Below are positions 55,918 to 64,000 of a stretch of 64,000 nucleotides of DNA, one piece after another. The notes under the pieces were generated by a model. It did not search any database and had not been told where the DNA came from. It worked only from the letters and a program-made list of their open reading frames with translations. This DNA is from Candidatus Aminicenantales bacterium (GTDB lineage Bacteria > Acidobacteriota > Aminicenantia > Aminicenantales > JAFGAV01), in NCBI GenBank assembly GCA_049697055.1, contig JBAVVA010000020.1, positions 219-64,218 of the forward strand, given 5' to 3'. The translations under genes and the position numbers were made by a program. Numbering within the stretch: the stretch's first letter is position 1; the number at the start of each line of letters is the position of its first letter.

Positions 55918-57360
55918 GTGAACGCACCGTCGGCTCCCAACGGCCCCCCTGGCCGCAAAGTCCCTCTGCCCGTAGCCCTCCTGCCCCTCCTCTTTATGGC
56001 CGGCCTCCTGGGGGTGGGCTACGGAGTCTACAAGATCAAGCCCCAGGTGCTGCTGGTGGTGGCGGCCTTCTTCACCGGCCTCCTGGCCCTCCTCCTCCAC
56101 TTCAACTGGAAAGAGATGGAGCGGGGCATCGTGGACAGCATCCACAAAGCCATGCCGGCCATCCTCATCATGCTGACGGTGGGCATCCTCATCGGGGCCT
56201 GGATCTCCTGCGGCACCATCCCCCTGGTCATCTATTACGGTTTGAAGATCATCTCCCCCCAGTTCTTCCTGGTGACGGCCTGCCTGGTGTGCACTATAGC
56301 CGCCATGGCCACCGGCACCTCGTGGGGCACGGTCGGCACGCTGGGCGTGGCCTTCATGGGCATCGCCATGGGCCTGGGCATCCCTCTGGGTCCGGCGGCC
56401 GGCGCTGTGGTGGCTGGCTCCTACATGGGCGACAAGATGTCCCCTCTATCCGATATCCCCAACCTGGCTACGGTCATCTCCGGGTCGAACCTCTTCGACC
56501 ACATCAAGCACATGATGTGGTCGGCCGTTCCGGCCTGGCTCATCGGCCTGGCCGTTTACGGCCTGGCCGGCCTGGGCTACGGCCAGGGCGGAGTCAGCTC
56601 CGAGACGGTGAACCTCATCACCGACACTCTGCGCCGGGAGTTCCTCAACCGGAACCCCTGGCTCAATCTGCTGCTGCTCCTGCCCATGGCCATCGTCTTC
56701 TTCTTCGCCGTGGCCAAGAAGCCGACCATCCCAGCCATGCTCCTGTCCTCGGCGGCGGCCGCCGTCCTGGCCCTGGTCCTCCAGAAAATGCCCCTCACCG
56801 AGTTCGCCGTAGCGGTCAACTCCGGCTACCGGGCCCACAGCGGCGTGGAGATGGTGGACAAGCTGCTGTCGCGGGGCGGGATGATGAGCATGATGGAGAC
56901 CCAGCTGGTGGCCTTCACCGCCTTCAGCTTCGGGGGCATTATGCAGAGCACCGGCATGCTGCGCGTCATCCTCAATTCCATCATGGGCCTCTGCCGGAGG
57001 GTGTGGAGCCTAGTCCTGACCACGGTGGCCACGGCCATCGTCTCGGCCCTGGTCACGGGCAGTTCCTACCTGTCCATGATCATCCCCGCCGAGCTGCTGG
57101 CGCCGGCCTTTAAGGAGAAAGGCCTGGCGGCCAAGAACATGTCGCGGATCATCGAGGAAAGCGGCGGGATCATCGTCCCCCTCATCCCCTGGAGCATGGC
57201 CGGCGTCTACATCACCGGCACCATCGGCGTCCCCACCTTGTCCTACCTGCCCTGGGCCATTATGAACTATGCTTCGGTGGCCATCCTCATCCTCTTCGGG
57301 GCCACGGGCTTCACCATGGCCGCCCGCAAACGGGAAGACGAAACGCAGGCCGGAAGCTGA
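55918..57360 (+). CDS. NhaC-family membrane transporter (Na+/H+ antiporter NhaC-like), co-transcribed with iadA
   Basis: 480 aa, about 12 TM, 11-nt gap after iadA. Confidence 0.65.
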   Translation: MNAPSAPNGPPGRKVPLPVALLPLLFMAGLLGVGYGVYKIKPQVLLVVAAFFTGLLALLLHFNWKEMERGIVDSIHKAMPAILIMLTVGILIGAWISCGTIPLVIYYGLKIISPQFFLVTACLVCTIAAMATGTSWGTVGTLGVAFMGIAMGLGIPLGPAAGAVVAGSYMGDKMSPLSDIPNLATVISGSNLFDHIKHMMWSAVPAWLIGLAVYGLAGLGYGQGGVSSETVNLITDTLRREFLNRNPWLNLLLLLPMAIVFFFAVAKKPTIPAMLLSSAAAAVLALVLQKMPLTEFAVAVNSGYRAHSGVEMVDKLLSRGGMMSMMETQLVAFTAFSFGGIMQSTGMLRVILNSIMGLCRRVWSLVLTTVATAIVSALVTGSSYLSMIIPAELLAPAFKEKGLAAKNMSRIIEESGGIIVPLIPWSMAGVYITGTIGVPTLSYLPWAIMNYASVAILILFGATGFTMAARKREDETQAGS

Positions 57361-57811
57361 TCCAGTCCAGCCGAGGCTTATTTCTTTTGACAATCACTCA
57401 TTTAATGGCGAAGTTTGCCGGAGGCGGGAATAGCGCGATCAAAGGCCCAGTTCTTGATCTGTTTAACGAATTATTACTCCATTCTTATTAATATCTTTAT
57501 ATATATCATTTATATCTTTTGAAAACTTGGCACAGGCGCCCGGCTTTCCCCAAATTGTTGTAGCTATAAAGAAATTATTGTTTTCTGCTTTCGTTTCATC
57601 TGAATAGAGCTGTATTACATTCGAATTAAAAATATGTATCCGCATTTTTAATAATATAGAATATGCATACTGCGAAAAATTATCAATAAGGATAATATCT
57701 TATGGCAATAATAGGAATAAAATGGGGAAAACCATTAAAAAGAATTCGGGGTATTGAACTGTCTGTTTCCGATTTATTGACATTCCTTAGAGATATCCTC
57801 AAAATGCAATT

Positions 57812-59191
57812 ATGAAAAAAATGGGCCTGCTTTTTCTTGTTCCTTTGGTTTTTTCGCTGTTAACTTTTCCGGCACTCTCTGTCGCTGCGGCGGTCGACGA
57901 GACAGAGCTCCACCAAATCCTGAAGGACGCGGTGGAGAATCGGCGTACGGTCGGCATCGTCGTGGGGATCGTCGATGCCAATGGCAAGATGATCTCCAGC
58001 TATGGAAAAACCGCAATTGGCGGCGGCGATGTCGATGGAGACAGCGTCTTCGAGATCGGCTCGATTTCCAAGGTATTCACAACCACGCTGCTGGCCGACA
58101 TGATCCAGCGGGGCGAAATCAGCCTCGATGATCCCGTGTCGAAGTACCTGCCCAAGAATGTGACGATGCCGGCACGCGGCGGCAAAGTGATCACTTTGCT
58201 CGACCTGGCGACGCACCGGTCCGGGCTTCCTCGCCTTCCGGATAATATCAAGCCGGCAGATCCCATGAATCCGTACGCCGGCTACACGGCCGAGATGCTG
58301 TTCGATTTCCTCTCGCGTTGCACCTTGACCAGGGACATCGGCCAGAGCTATGAATACTCGAATCTCGGCGTCGGCCTTCTTGGCGAGGTGCTGGCGCGGA
58401 GAGCTGGCAAGAGCTATGAAGCTTTGCTCACCGAGAGGATCTTCCGCCCCCTGGATATGAACAGCAGCGGCATTGTCTTGAGGCCCGAGATGTCGGCCCG
58501 GCTGGCCATGGGGCATTCGGCCGGATTGGTCCAGGTCAAGAACTGGGACATTGATGCTCTCGCCGGCGCGGGCGCGATCCGCTCGACCGCTACCGATATG
58601 CTCAAATTCATGGCCGCCAACATGGGGCTGGAGCCTTCGCCGCTGGCTAAGTCGATGGCCATGGCCCGGCAGGACCTCAAGGACACGACGATCCCCGGCA
58701 TGCGCATCGGCCTCGCCTGGCACCTGATGACACGCCCGGACACGGTGATCGTGTGGCACAACGGCGGAACCGGCGGGTACCATAGTTTCGCCGGGTTCGA
58801 TTTGAAGAAAGGACTGGGCGTCGTGGTCCTGTCGAACAGCGCGAATAGCATTGATGACATCGGCTTTCACATCTTGGATGATCGATTGCCGCTGGCCAAA
58901 CCTCCGAAGGAGAGGAAGGAGATCGCCTTGGAACCGGCGGAGCTGGATGCGTACGCCGGGGAGTACCAGCTGGCGCCGAATTTTATGATCACCATCACCA
59001 AAGAGGCGGACGCGTTGTTCGCGCAGGCAACAGGGCAGGGCCGCGTGCGCCTGTATCCGGAGGCCGCTGGGGAATTCTTCATCAAAGAAGCGGACGCCCA
59101 GATCTCTTTCGAGAAGGACGCGACGGGGCGGGTGACGCACCTCGTCCTCCATCAGGGCGGCGTCGACCAGAAAGCAAGCAAGGTCAAGTAA
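57812..59191 (+). CDS. Class C beta-lactamase / penicillin-binding-protein family serine hydrolase, secreted
   Basis: Signal 'MKKMGLLFLVPLVFSLLTFPALSVAAA'; 'SISKVF' SxxK, 'YEYSNLG' YxN, 'HNGGTGG'; preceded by a very AT-rich 450-bp spacer. Confidence 0.8.
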   Translation: MKKMGLLFLVPLVFSLLTFPALSVAAAVDETELHQILKDAVENRRTVGIVVGIVDANGKMISSYGKTAIGGGDVDGDSVFEIGSISKVFTTTLLADMIQRGEISLDDPVSKYLPKNVTMPARGGKVITLLDLATHRSGLPRLPDNIKPADPMNPYAGYTAEMLFDFLSRCTLTRDIGQSYEYSNLGVGLLGEVLARRAGKSYEALLTERIFRPLDMNSSGIVLRPEMSARLAMGHSAGLVQVKNWDIDALAGAGAIRSTATDMLKFMAANMGLEPSPLAKSMAMARQDLKDTTIPGMRIGLAWHLMTRPDTVIVWHNGGTGGYHSFAGFDLKKGLGVVVLSNSANSIDDIGFHILDDRLPLAKPPKERKEIALEPAELDAYAGEYQLAPNFMITITKEADALFAQATGQGRVRLYPEAAGEFFIKEADAQISFEKDATGRVTHLVLHQGGVDQKASKVK

Positions 59192-59315
59192 GCGACCCGG
59201 AAAGAATATTCAATGAGGCTCTAGAGCCGGTCCGCACGGCCGATGCCAAGGACATGGCCAGGCGCCTCGCGCGGGAGGAGGCCCTCTTTGTTATAATCTG
59301 GCCACAATTGTTCCC

Positions 59316-59362
59316 GCCGGGGTGGCGGAAGTGGCAGAGGCAAGGGATTTAATACCCTCCTG
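59316..59362 (+). pseudogene. 5' half of a tRNA-Leu(TAA) gene (acceptor 5' strand, D arm, anticodon arm) with upstream TATAAT (59292-59297); no T-arm/3' acceptor follows
   Basis: 'GCCGGGGTGGCGGAAGTGGCAGAGGCAAGGGATTTAATACCCTCC' parallels bacterial tRNA-Leu(UAA) through the anticodon arm; no GGTTCGA-like T-arm nor CCCCGGC follows. Confidence 0.45.
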
Positions 59363-59469
59363 TGGGAGATGATTTGTCTTTTTATTCATAGTGGAAAGAA
59401 GCGCAAGGGGGCACAAAAAATGACTTATGAAGCAATAATTAAAAGGAGAGTTAGGGGCGATACTCACGT

Positions 59470-60669
59470 TTGTCTTTTATTGTGGCTTATCTGTTCAGTT
59501 GCTGGCTGGCCAGTACCCAGCACGCCCAAAGCGCTATCACGCCTTTGATGAAGCCGGACCCCTGGAGTCAAAACATCATCACTCAAAAGGTCCAGATTAT
59601 TCTGCAGATCAAGATGAAATCAGTTTTCAAGGATAGGATCTGCGGCCTCATTACTGAGGATTTCACCTACGATTATGAAATCAATTCAGAGGGCACATTT
59701 CAATACGCGCCGGACTTCAGCCTATTTAGCCTATATGGATATAATGAGGCCCTTGCTCCCAAGCAGATCCGAATCCGGGACGCCAGCGGATATTGGATCC
59801 GGTTCGAGAGCGGATGCCAGGGGGGGACCCGTCATAATTACTCAACTCACCAAGTCCAATACAACGATTGGGCTTATTATGACCTCAGGATCGAGCATCC
59901 CCCACGCTCTGAACACTGCAACGTATATTTTGACAACCATGTGTACCTCCGGTTTCCTGGCTATTCGGGAAATGTTCTCACATCTCCAGAACCGGGTTTC
60001 TATTATGACACCGAGAATATTGACTATATGGTCACTCCGGCGATTATGCAGCAGGCGGTGAGGGAAGGAAGCTATCATAAGACCTTGCAAGTCAGGAGAG
60101 GAGACGGTTCTGAGTATCGCGATTTGACTCTGGACATCACAGTCCTCTTTGAGCCCAAGGAGGAAGGAGTCCTCAAGGTCACGCCACCTGACGGCCTGGA
60201 TGAGTCCTGTCCCAGCTCAAATTGTGATTTCAAATCGCTGGCCAAATCCTATACCCTAACCAACGCGGGCTCTTCTCCGATCAATTACACTGTCTCCAAA
60301 ACGGCAAGCTGGCTTGAACTCACCCCGACTGGTGGCGTATTGCAGCCAGGCGCTTCCACAACTGTAACAGCATCCATTAGCGTTGAGGCCCAAAAAGAAC
60401 TCAAAGAAGGGGTACACAAAGATACTCTTAGCTTCACTAACACGACTAATGGGAAAGGAAACACATCACGCGCTGTCAAGCTGGAGAAGTCTGAACGACA
60501 ATGCTGGCGCGTCACCCTGACTGGACAGGAAACAGATGACATGGGTGGCAGCTTAATGACCATTAAGATGGAAGATGTTTGGAAGCAGGTAACCGTTGAC
60601 TATGGGGTCCGGTTTGACTATCAACTGGTTGCCGAATTCAATATTAGAGCTTGTTCCAAAGTTACGTGA
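59470..60669 (+). CDS. Hypothetical protein, lower-GC, with C-terminal Ig-like/BACON-like beta-sandwich; 3' end created by IS insertion (likely truncated)
   Basis: TTG/GTG start uncertain; 'YTLTNAGSSPINYTVSKTASWLELTPTGGVLQPGASTTVTASI' pattern typical of Ig-like surface domains; last 7 codons (ACSKVT*) lie inside the IS left inverted repeat. Confidence 0.4.
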   Translation: MSFIVAYLFSCWLASTQHAQSAITPLMKPDPWSQNIITQKVQIILQIKMKSVFKDRICGLITEDFTYDYEINSEGTFQYAPDFSLFSLYGYNEALAPKQIRIRDASGYWIRFESGCQGGTRHNYSTHQVQYNDWAYYDLRIEHPPRSEHCNVYFDNHVYLRFPGYSGNVLTSPEPGFYYDTENIDYMVTPAIMQQAVREGSYHKTLQVRRGDGSEYRDLTLDITVLFEPKEEGVLKVTPPDGLDESCPSSNCDFKSLAKSYTLTNAGSSPINYTVSKTASWLELTPTGGVLQPGASTTVTASISVEAQKELKEGVHKDTLSFTNTTNGKGNTSRAVKLEKSERQCWRVTLTGQETDDMGGSLMTIKMEDVWKQVTVDYGVRFDYQLVAEFNIRACSKVT

Positions 60670-62080
60670 TGGCATTTGACAGCGATAAAAAAGAAGGGCT
60701 ACAACCCTCCGTGGTGTCTCCCACAACACTAGGAGGTGTAGCCCAATGGACGACCTCGAAATCAAGATCGCCATCACCTATAAGGTACCAAAAAACAACC
60801 TCACGCTCAACGGTCTTCTGCGCGGGTTGGAGCTCAACCGGGATGAGATCATGAGGGCCATCCTCGGCCGCATCTTGGAAGCCTTGGAAGAGAAGGCCAA
60901 GGACGATTATCCCCCGGGTCGTTATGTCCTGAACGGCCATCAATCGACGGCTCGGAACCTTCGGACCTCGTTCGGGCGGATTCGTCACCGGATGGCTCAG
61001 GTCCTGGATCGGACGACGGGAGCGGTCGTGTTCCCTCTGATCGAACGGTTGAAGATCGAACCGTATCGCCAGTATCAGAGGGAGACGCTGGAAGCGCCGG
61101 TGGGCCAGGCGATCCATCTGTCCTACCGCTGGGCGACGAAGGAGACGCGACGCCTCCGGGGCCATGGACCGAGCACGAGCACGCTCTGGCGTCGGCTTCA
61201 GGAGGTGGCCGAATCTCAGGGCGGCTGGCCGCCTCTCAAACATCGACCGTTTGCCTTTCTGATGGTCGACGGGACCAAGGTCAGGCGCCAACGCCGAGGA
61301 GTCTCCTTGGAGCCGGCGGAAATGCGCTGGGCCTGGGCCTCGGAAGGCGTTGGTAAACCGTTTGAATTGGTGGGGTTCTGGGTGGGAGACAGATGGGAAA
61401 CGATTCGCCGGGACCTCAGTCGCCGTCTGAGCTATGGGCGTCTGCGGATGCTGTTTTCCGATGGCGGGCCGGGCATCGAGGACAACCTCCGTTCGGCGCG
61501 GATGGAGTGTCAGCGGTGCCTCTGGCATGGTCAACACGACTTTCGCTTTCTTCTCTACGCCGATGAGGTCAAGGGACCGGCCCAACGGGAGTTCCTGGAG
61601 CTTTTGAACCGCAATCCTCTCTTCCACCTGCGGCAGGCGGAGCTGGAAACGCTGAAACCCCAGGACGAGCCTCTGGTGCGCAAGCTCGCCCGAACGATCC
61701 GGAGCGGCTTTGGAGAGCTTCTGGCGGCGTTGCCGGAGAGCCGTTATCCGAAAACGCGGACCTACCTTCTGAACTTCTCGAGGCAGGCGTTGGCGTTTTT
61801 CGATTACTGGCTGGACCATCAACAGTGGATTCCGTTCACGACGAACATTGCCGAGTCGGCCTTCAGTCGGGTGGTGAATCGAATCAAGCGAATCGGCCGC
61901 CGCTGGAGCGAGACCGGACTCCTGAACTGGCTGACCATGGCCTTCCGTAAAATCTTTCACCCCGCGTTGTGGACGTCTCTTTGGCGCCAGTATCTGCGGC
62001 TCCATCGCAGCTTGCATCTGGCCTCTTTAATCTCCGAATACCGATGGATCGATGCCATCACGTAACTTTGGAACAAGCTC
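60647..62080 (+). mobile_element. Insertion sequence with 29-bp perfect terminal inverted repeats (GAGCTTGTTCCAAAGTTACGTGATGGCAT ... ATGCCATCACGTAACTTTGGAACAAGCTC) carrying one DDE transposase gene
   Basis: IRs read directly at 60647-60675 and 62052-62080 (imperfect extension to about 60640/62087); encloses ORF 60746-62065. Confidence 0.75.
60746..62065 (+). CDS. DDE transposase (ISL3/IS256/ISLre2-like C-terminal N-x2-E...IKR motif)
   Basis: RBS aggaggtg; 'FLMVDGTKV', 'MLFSDGGPGI', 'TTNIAESAFSRVVNRIKRIGRRW'; stop codon lies within the right IR. Confidence 0.75.
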   Translation: MDDLEIKIAITYKVPKNNLTLNGLLRGLELNRDEIMRAILGRILEALEEKAKDDYPPGRYVLNGHQSTARNLRTSFGRIRHRMAQVLDRTTGAVVFPLIERLKIEPYRQYQRETLEAPVGQAIHLSYRWATKETRRLRGHGPSTSTLWRRLQEVAESQGGWPPLKHRPFAFLMVDGTKVRRQRRGVSLEPAEMRWAWASEGVGKPFELVGFWVGDRWETIRRDLSRRLSYGRLRMLFSDGGPGIEDNLRSARMECQRCLWHGQHDFRFLLYADEVKGPAQREFLELLNRNPLFHLRQAELETLKPQDEPLVRKLARTIRSGFGELLAALPESRYPKTRTYLLNFSRQALAFFDYWLDHQQWIPFTTNIAESAFSRVVNRIKRIGRRWSETGLLNWLTMAFRKIFHPALWTSLWRQYLRLHRSLHLASLISEYRWIDAIT

Positions 62081-62195
62081 GTTTATTAAGAGACAGGCGT
62101 CCTAAAACGAGGACAAGGTCTGCTATCATTTAAGAGTTCTTTTCATTCAATATTTGGCATAAAAAATGCTTATTAATATGCCGAGGAGGGGAAAG

Positions 62196-64000
62196 ATGAG
62201 CAAACATCAAAAAACTTCAATATTTCTGATTATTTTGGGCTTGCTCGCATTCACTTCAGTCGCATCCGCTGAACAGCCCTACAAGGTTGCCTTCAGCCCG
62301 GCCAACCTCTACCTCGGCCATATTTCTTATGTAGAAATCAAAAACGACGGTCAAGACCCAATGATTTTAAGGGAAGGACAATCCGTGCCGGAGATGGCTG
62401 TCCTCAATGCACCCATCGGTCCGGGGGATGTTATCCGGACATCCGCTATCCGGCGATGCGAGATCCAATTTGACACGGCGACCATTATCCGGCTGGACAC
62501 CGACACGGAACTCAGGATTGAGACAGTCTTAGCCCAGACGTTGTCAGCCAGTGACAGAGCGACCAACCTGGTTCTGGCCAAGGGTCAGCTCTACATCATG
62601 TACAAAGAATTCGATTTTCGTGAACTCTTCCAGGTCATGACCCCTGCCGCCGCCATTAAGTTCAGTCAAGATACGGTGGCTCTGGTCAAGGCCGCGACCG
62701 ACGGGGCGACCGAGCTCCAGGTGAAGCGAGGAAAAGCAACAGCGCTTTTTGGCCCGTCGGCGGCCCAGGCTAAGGGAAGAGGGGTCGGAAAATTGGAGAG
62801 CCTGATCGTTTCCAAAGACGGCCTGGTTCAAAAGGCGGCCTATGCCGCTGATACGGATTTCGGGCGCTGGAACGAAGAAATCAACGCCGCTTTCAATGAT
62901 CTGCACAAAGGTCTGAGCTTTTTGCCCAAGCCCGTGCAGCGCTTTTCCCCGGCCATCGTCGCCTGGGCCGAGAAGTATTCCAGCCGATACGGCAGGTGGA
63001 TTTATGACATGCTCTACGGTTATGTATGGCGCCCTGACAACAATGATGTCTATCCGTGGGTAAACTGGCGGCCCTATTTCTATGGCCATTGGACAAGAGC
63101 CTATGATCAATTGTTCTGGGTCTCCGATGAGCAGTGGGGTTGGGCCCCCTATCATCTCGGCGTTTGGGTTTGGGACAAGGAGTTAGGGTGGATTTGGATC
63201 CCTGGCTCTGTCTTTGCCTCGGCCTGGGTAGGCTGGGGATTTTTCAACGGCTACTATTCTTGGTGGCCCTACGAATTCAGCGATTGGTGGATGTGGAATG
63301 CTTGGGGCAGTAATTATTATGATAACTATCAGTCCTGGTATGTTTACTCTACCACCCCGGGCAAAACGCTGAGGAAGATCTCCAAGGCGCAGTTGAAAAA
63401 GCCCGAACCGCCCCTACCCCTGCCCAACGACCTCAAGGCTGTATATGACCGGTTTGCGGCGGCCCTGAAGAAGCAAGACCCACGCCTGATTGCCTCCCTC
63501 CAACAATCGGTCAAGCGCATCGTCTTTGCATATCCTGCTGACATTCATTTCCCAAACATCGCTGAAAGGGCCATCCCTCTTAGCCAGCTTTCTTCTGCGT
63601 CGGAACTTTTGAAGGCCCAGCCAAGCCCGGCCGATAAAATCCGCCATGAAAATCCCCGTGCTGCGGCCGCCTGGGATTGGAAAAAAAATATCCAGCTTGC
63701 GGCCGCTAAAGAGCCGTCTCAGCGAGCCATAGAGCCGATCAATAAAATTGAGTCTTTCCCGGCCAGCGCAGCCGCCCCAAATATTCAAGCCCCTTCCATC
63801 CGCTTTCTGGACTGGAACCCCGACCTGAAAACGGTCACGCGGTTCGGCGGGACTATTCGCTACTCAAGCCGGACGAATGAAGTCCAATGTCCGGAGCTGG
63901 GATTGACCTCTCGCCTCGTATCTGTTATCGGCCTCCCCTTTCGCTCCGCGGTCGTTATAGACGCCTTCATGGGAGGGGCTAGTCAAGGCTCTTCGGCGTT
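62196..64000 (+). CDS. Secreted FecR-domain protein with extremely Trp/Tyr-rich region and Pro-rich linker (3' partial, runs off window)
   Basis: Not in supplied ORF track (no stop before window end), translated manually with no in-frame stop. RBS gaggagggg; signal 'MSKHQKTSIFLIILGLLAFTSVASA'; FecR-like block 'GPGDVIRTSAIRRCEIQFDTATIIRLDTDTELRI...LVLAKGQLYI'. About 21 W in ~115 aa ('WGWAPYHLGVWVWDKELGWIWIPG...WWPYEFSDWWMWNAWG'). Confidence 0.6.
   Translation, partial: MSKHQKTSIFLIILGLLAFTSVASAEQPYKVAFSPANLYLGHISYVEIKNDGQDPMILREGQSVPEMAVLNAPIGPGDVIRTSAIRRCEIQFDTATIIRLDTDTELRIETVLAQTLSASDRATNLVLAKGQLYIMYKEFDFRELFQVMTPAAAIKFSQDTVALVKAATDGATELQVKRGKATALFGPSAAQAKGRGVGKLESLIVSKDGLVQKAAYAADTDFGRWNEEINAAFNDLHKGLSFLPKPVQRFSPAIVAWAEKYSSRYGRWIYDMLYGYVWRPDNNDVYPWVNWRPYFYGHWTRAYDQLFWVSDEQWGWAPYHLGVWVWDKELGWIWIPGSVFASAWVGWGFFNGYYSWWPYEFSDWWMWNAWGSNYYDNYQSWYVYSTTPGKTLRKISKAQLKKPEPPLPLPNDLKAVYDRFAAALKKQDPRLIASLQQSVKRIVFAYPADIHFPNIAERAIPLSQLSSASELLKAQPSPADKIRHENPRAAAAWDWKKNIQLAAAKEPSQRAIEPINKIESFPASAAAPNIQAPSIRFLDWNPDLKTVTRFGGTIRYSSRTNEVQCPELGLTSRLVSVIGLPFRSAVVIDAFMGGASQGSSA

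Noticed and set aside
57463-57645. 60-aa ORF in the AT-rich spacer
   Set aside because: Asn/Ile/Lys-rich translation of AT-rich DNA, no RBS or domain; treated as non-coding
59316-59362. Group I intron interrupting tRNA-Leu(UAA), as in cyanobacteria
   Set aside because: The anticodon loop is contiguous; the break is after the anticodon arm and no T-arm or 3' acceptor is found within several hundred nt

Overview
This is a high-GC (about 60%+ by eye) bacterial chromosomal segment. Almost all calls rest on motifs read directly from the supplied ORF translations, and many long antisense ORFs are high-GC artefacts. On the minus strand at 8.1-16.2 kb lies a type-IV-pilus/type-II-secretion-like operon: pilC/gspF, pilB/gspE, pilM, pilN, pilO, pilP, a lipoprotein secretin with a TPR-rich N-terminus and an extra C-terminal beta-domain, then a THEP1-like NTPase. 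It contains no pilin, prepilin peptidase or PilT, and it is divergent from a PDZ/multi-TM/PAS histidine kinase plus sigma54 (NtrC-type) regulator pair. A second notable cluster sits at 24.6-33.1 kb: Lrp regulator, glnA, then an operon (strong sigma70 promoter to rho-independent terminator) encoding a NuoE-like protein, a NuoE-domain/NuoF/GltD fusion, a NuoG/HydA-N-terminal-like ferredoxin and a stand-alone glutamate-synthase FMN domain. I read this as a modular NADH/ferredoxin-linked GOGAT with no amidotransferase domain in sight. Two copies of a ~135-165 bp hairpin-forming repeat with compensatory arm changes lie at 33.1 and 40.8 kb. The 3' end (57.4-62.2 kb) looks like a mosaic acquired island. 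It holds a very AT-rich spacer, a class-C beta-lactamase-family serine hydrolase, a promoter plus 5' half of a tRNA-Leu(TAA) gene, and a lower-GC Ig-like protein gene. That gene is truncated by an IS element with 29-bp perfect terminal inverted repeats and a DDE transposase. The rest is housekeeping (trpS, scpAB, ispH-rpsA-ihfB, acyl-CoA dehydrogenase, ppiD), a double-propeller hybrid histidine kinase with two receiver domains, and many peptide and amino-acid scavenging enzymes (M1 and M29 peptidases, Ggt, IadA+NhaC, AstE/AspA-like deacylase). Also present are a two-HKD PLD-family protein and an unterminated FecR-domain protein with an extremely Trp-rich region.
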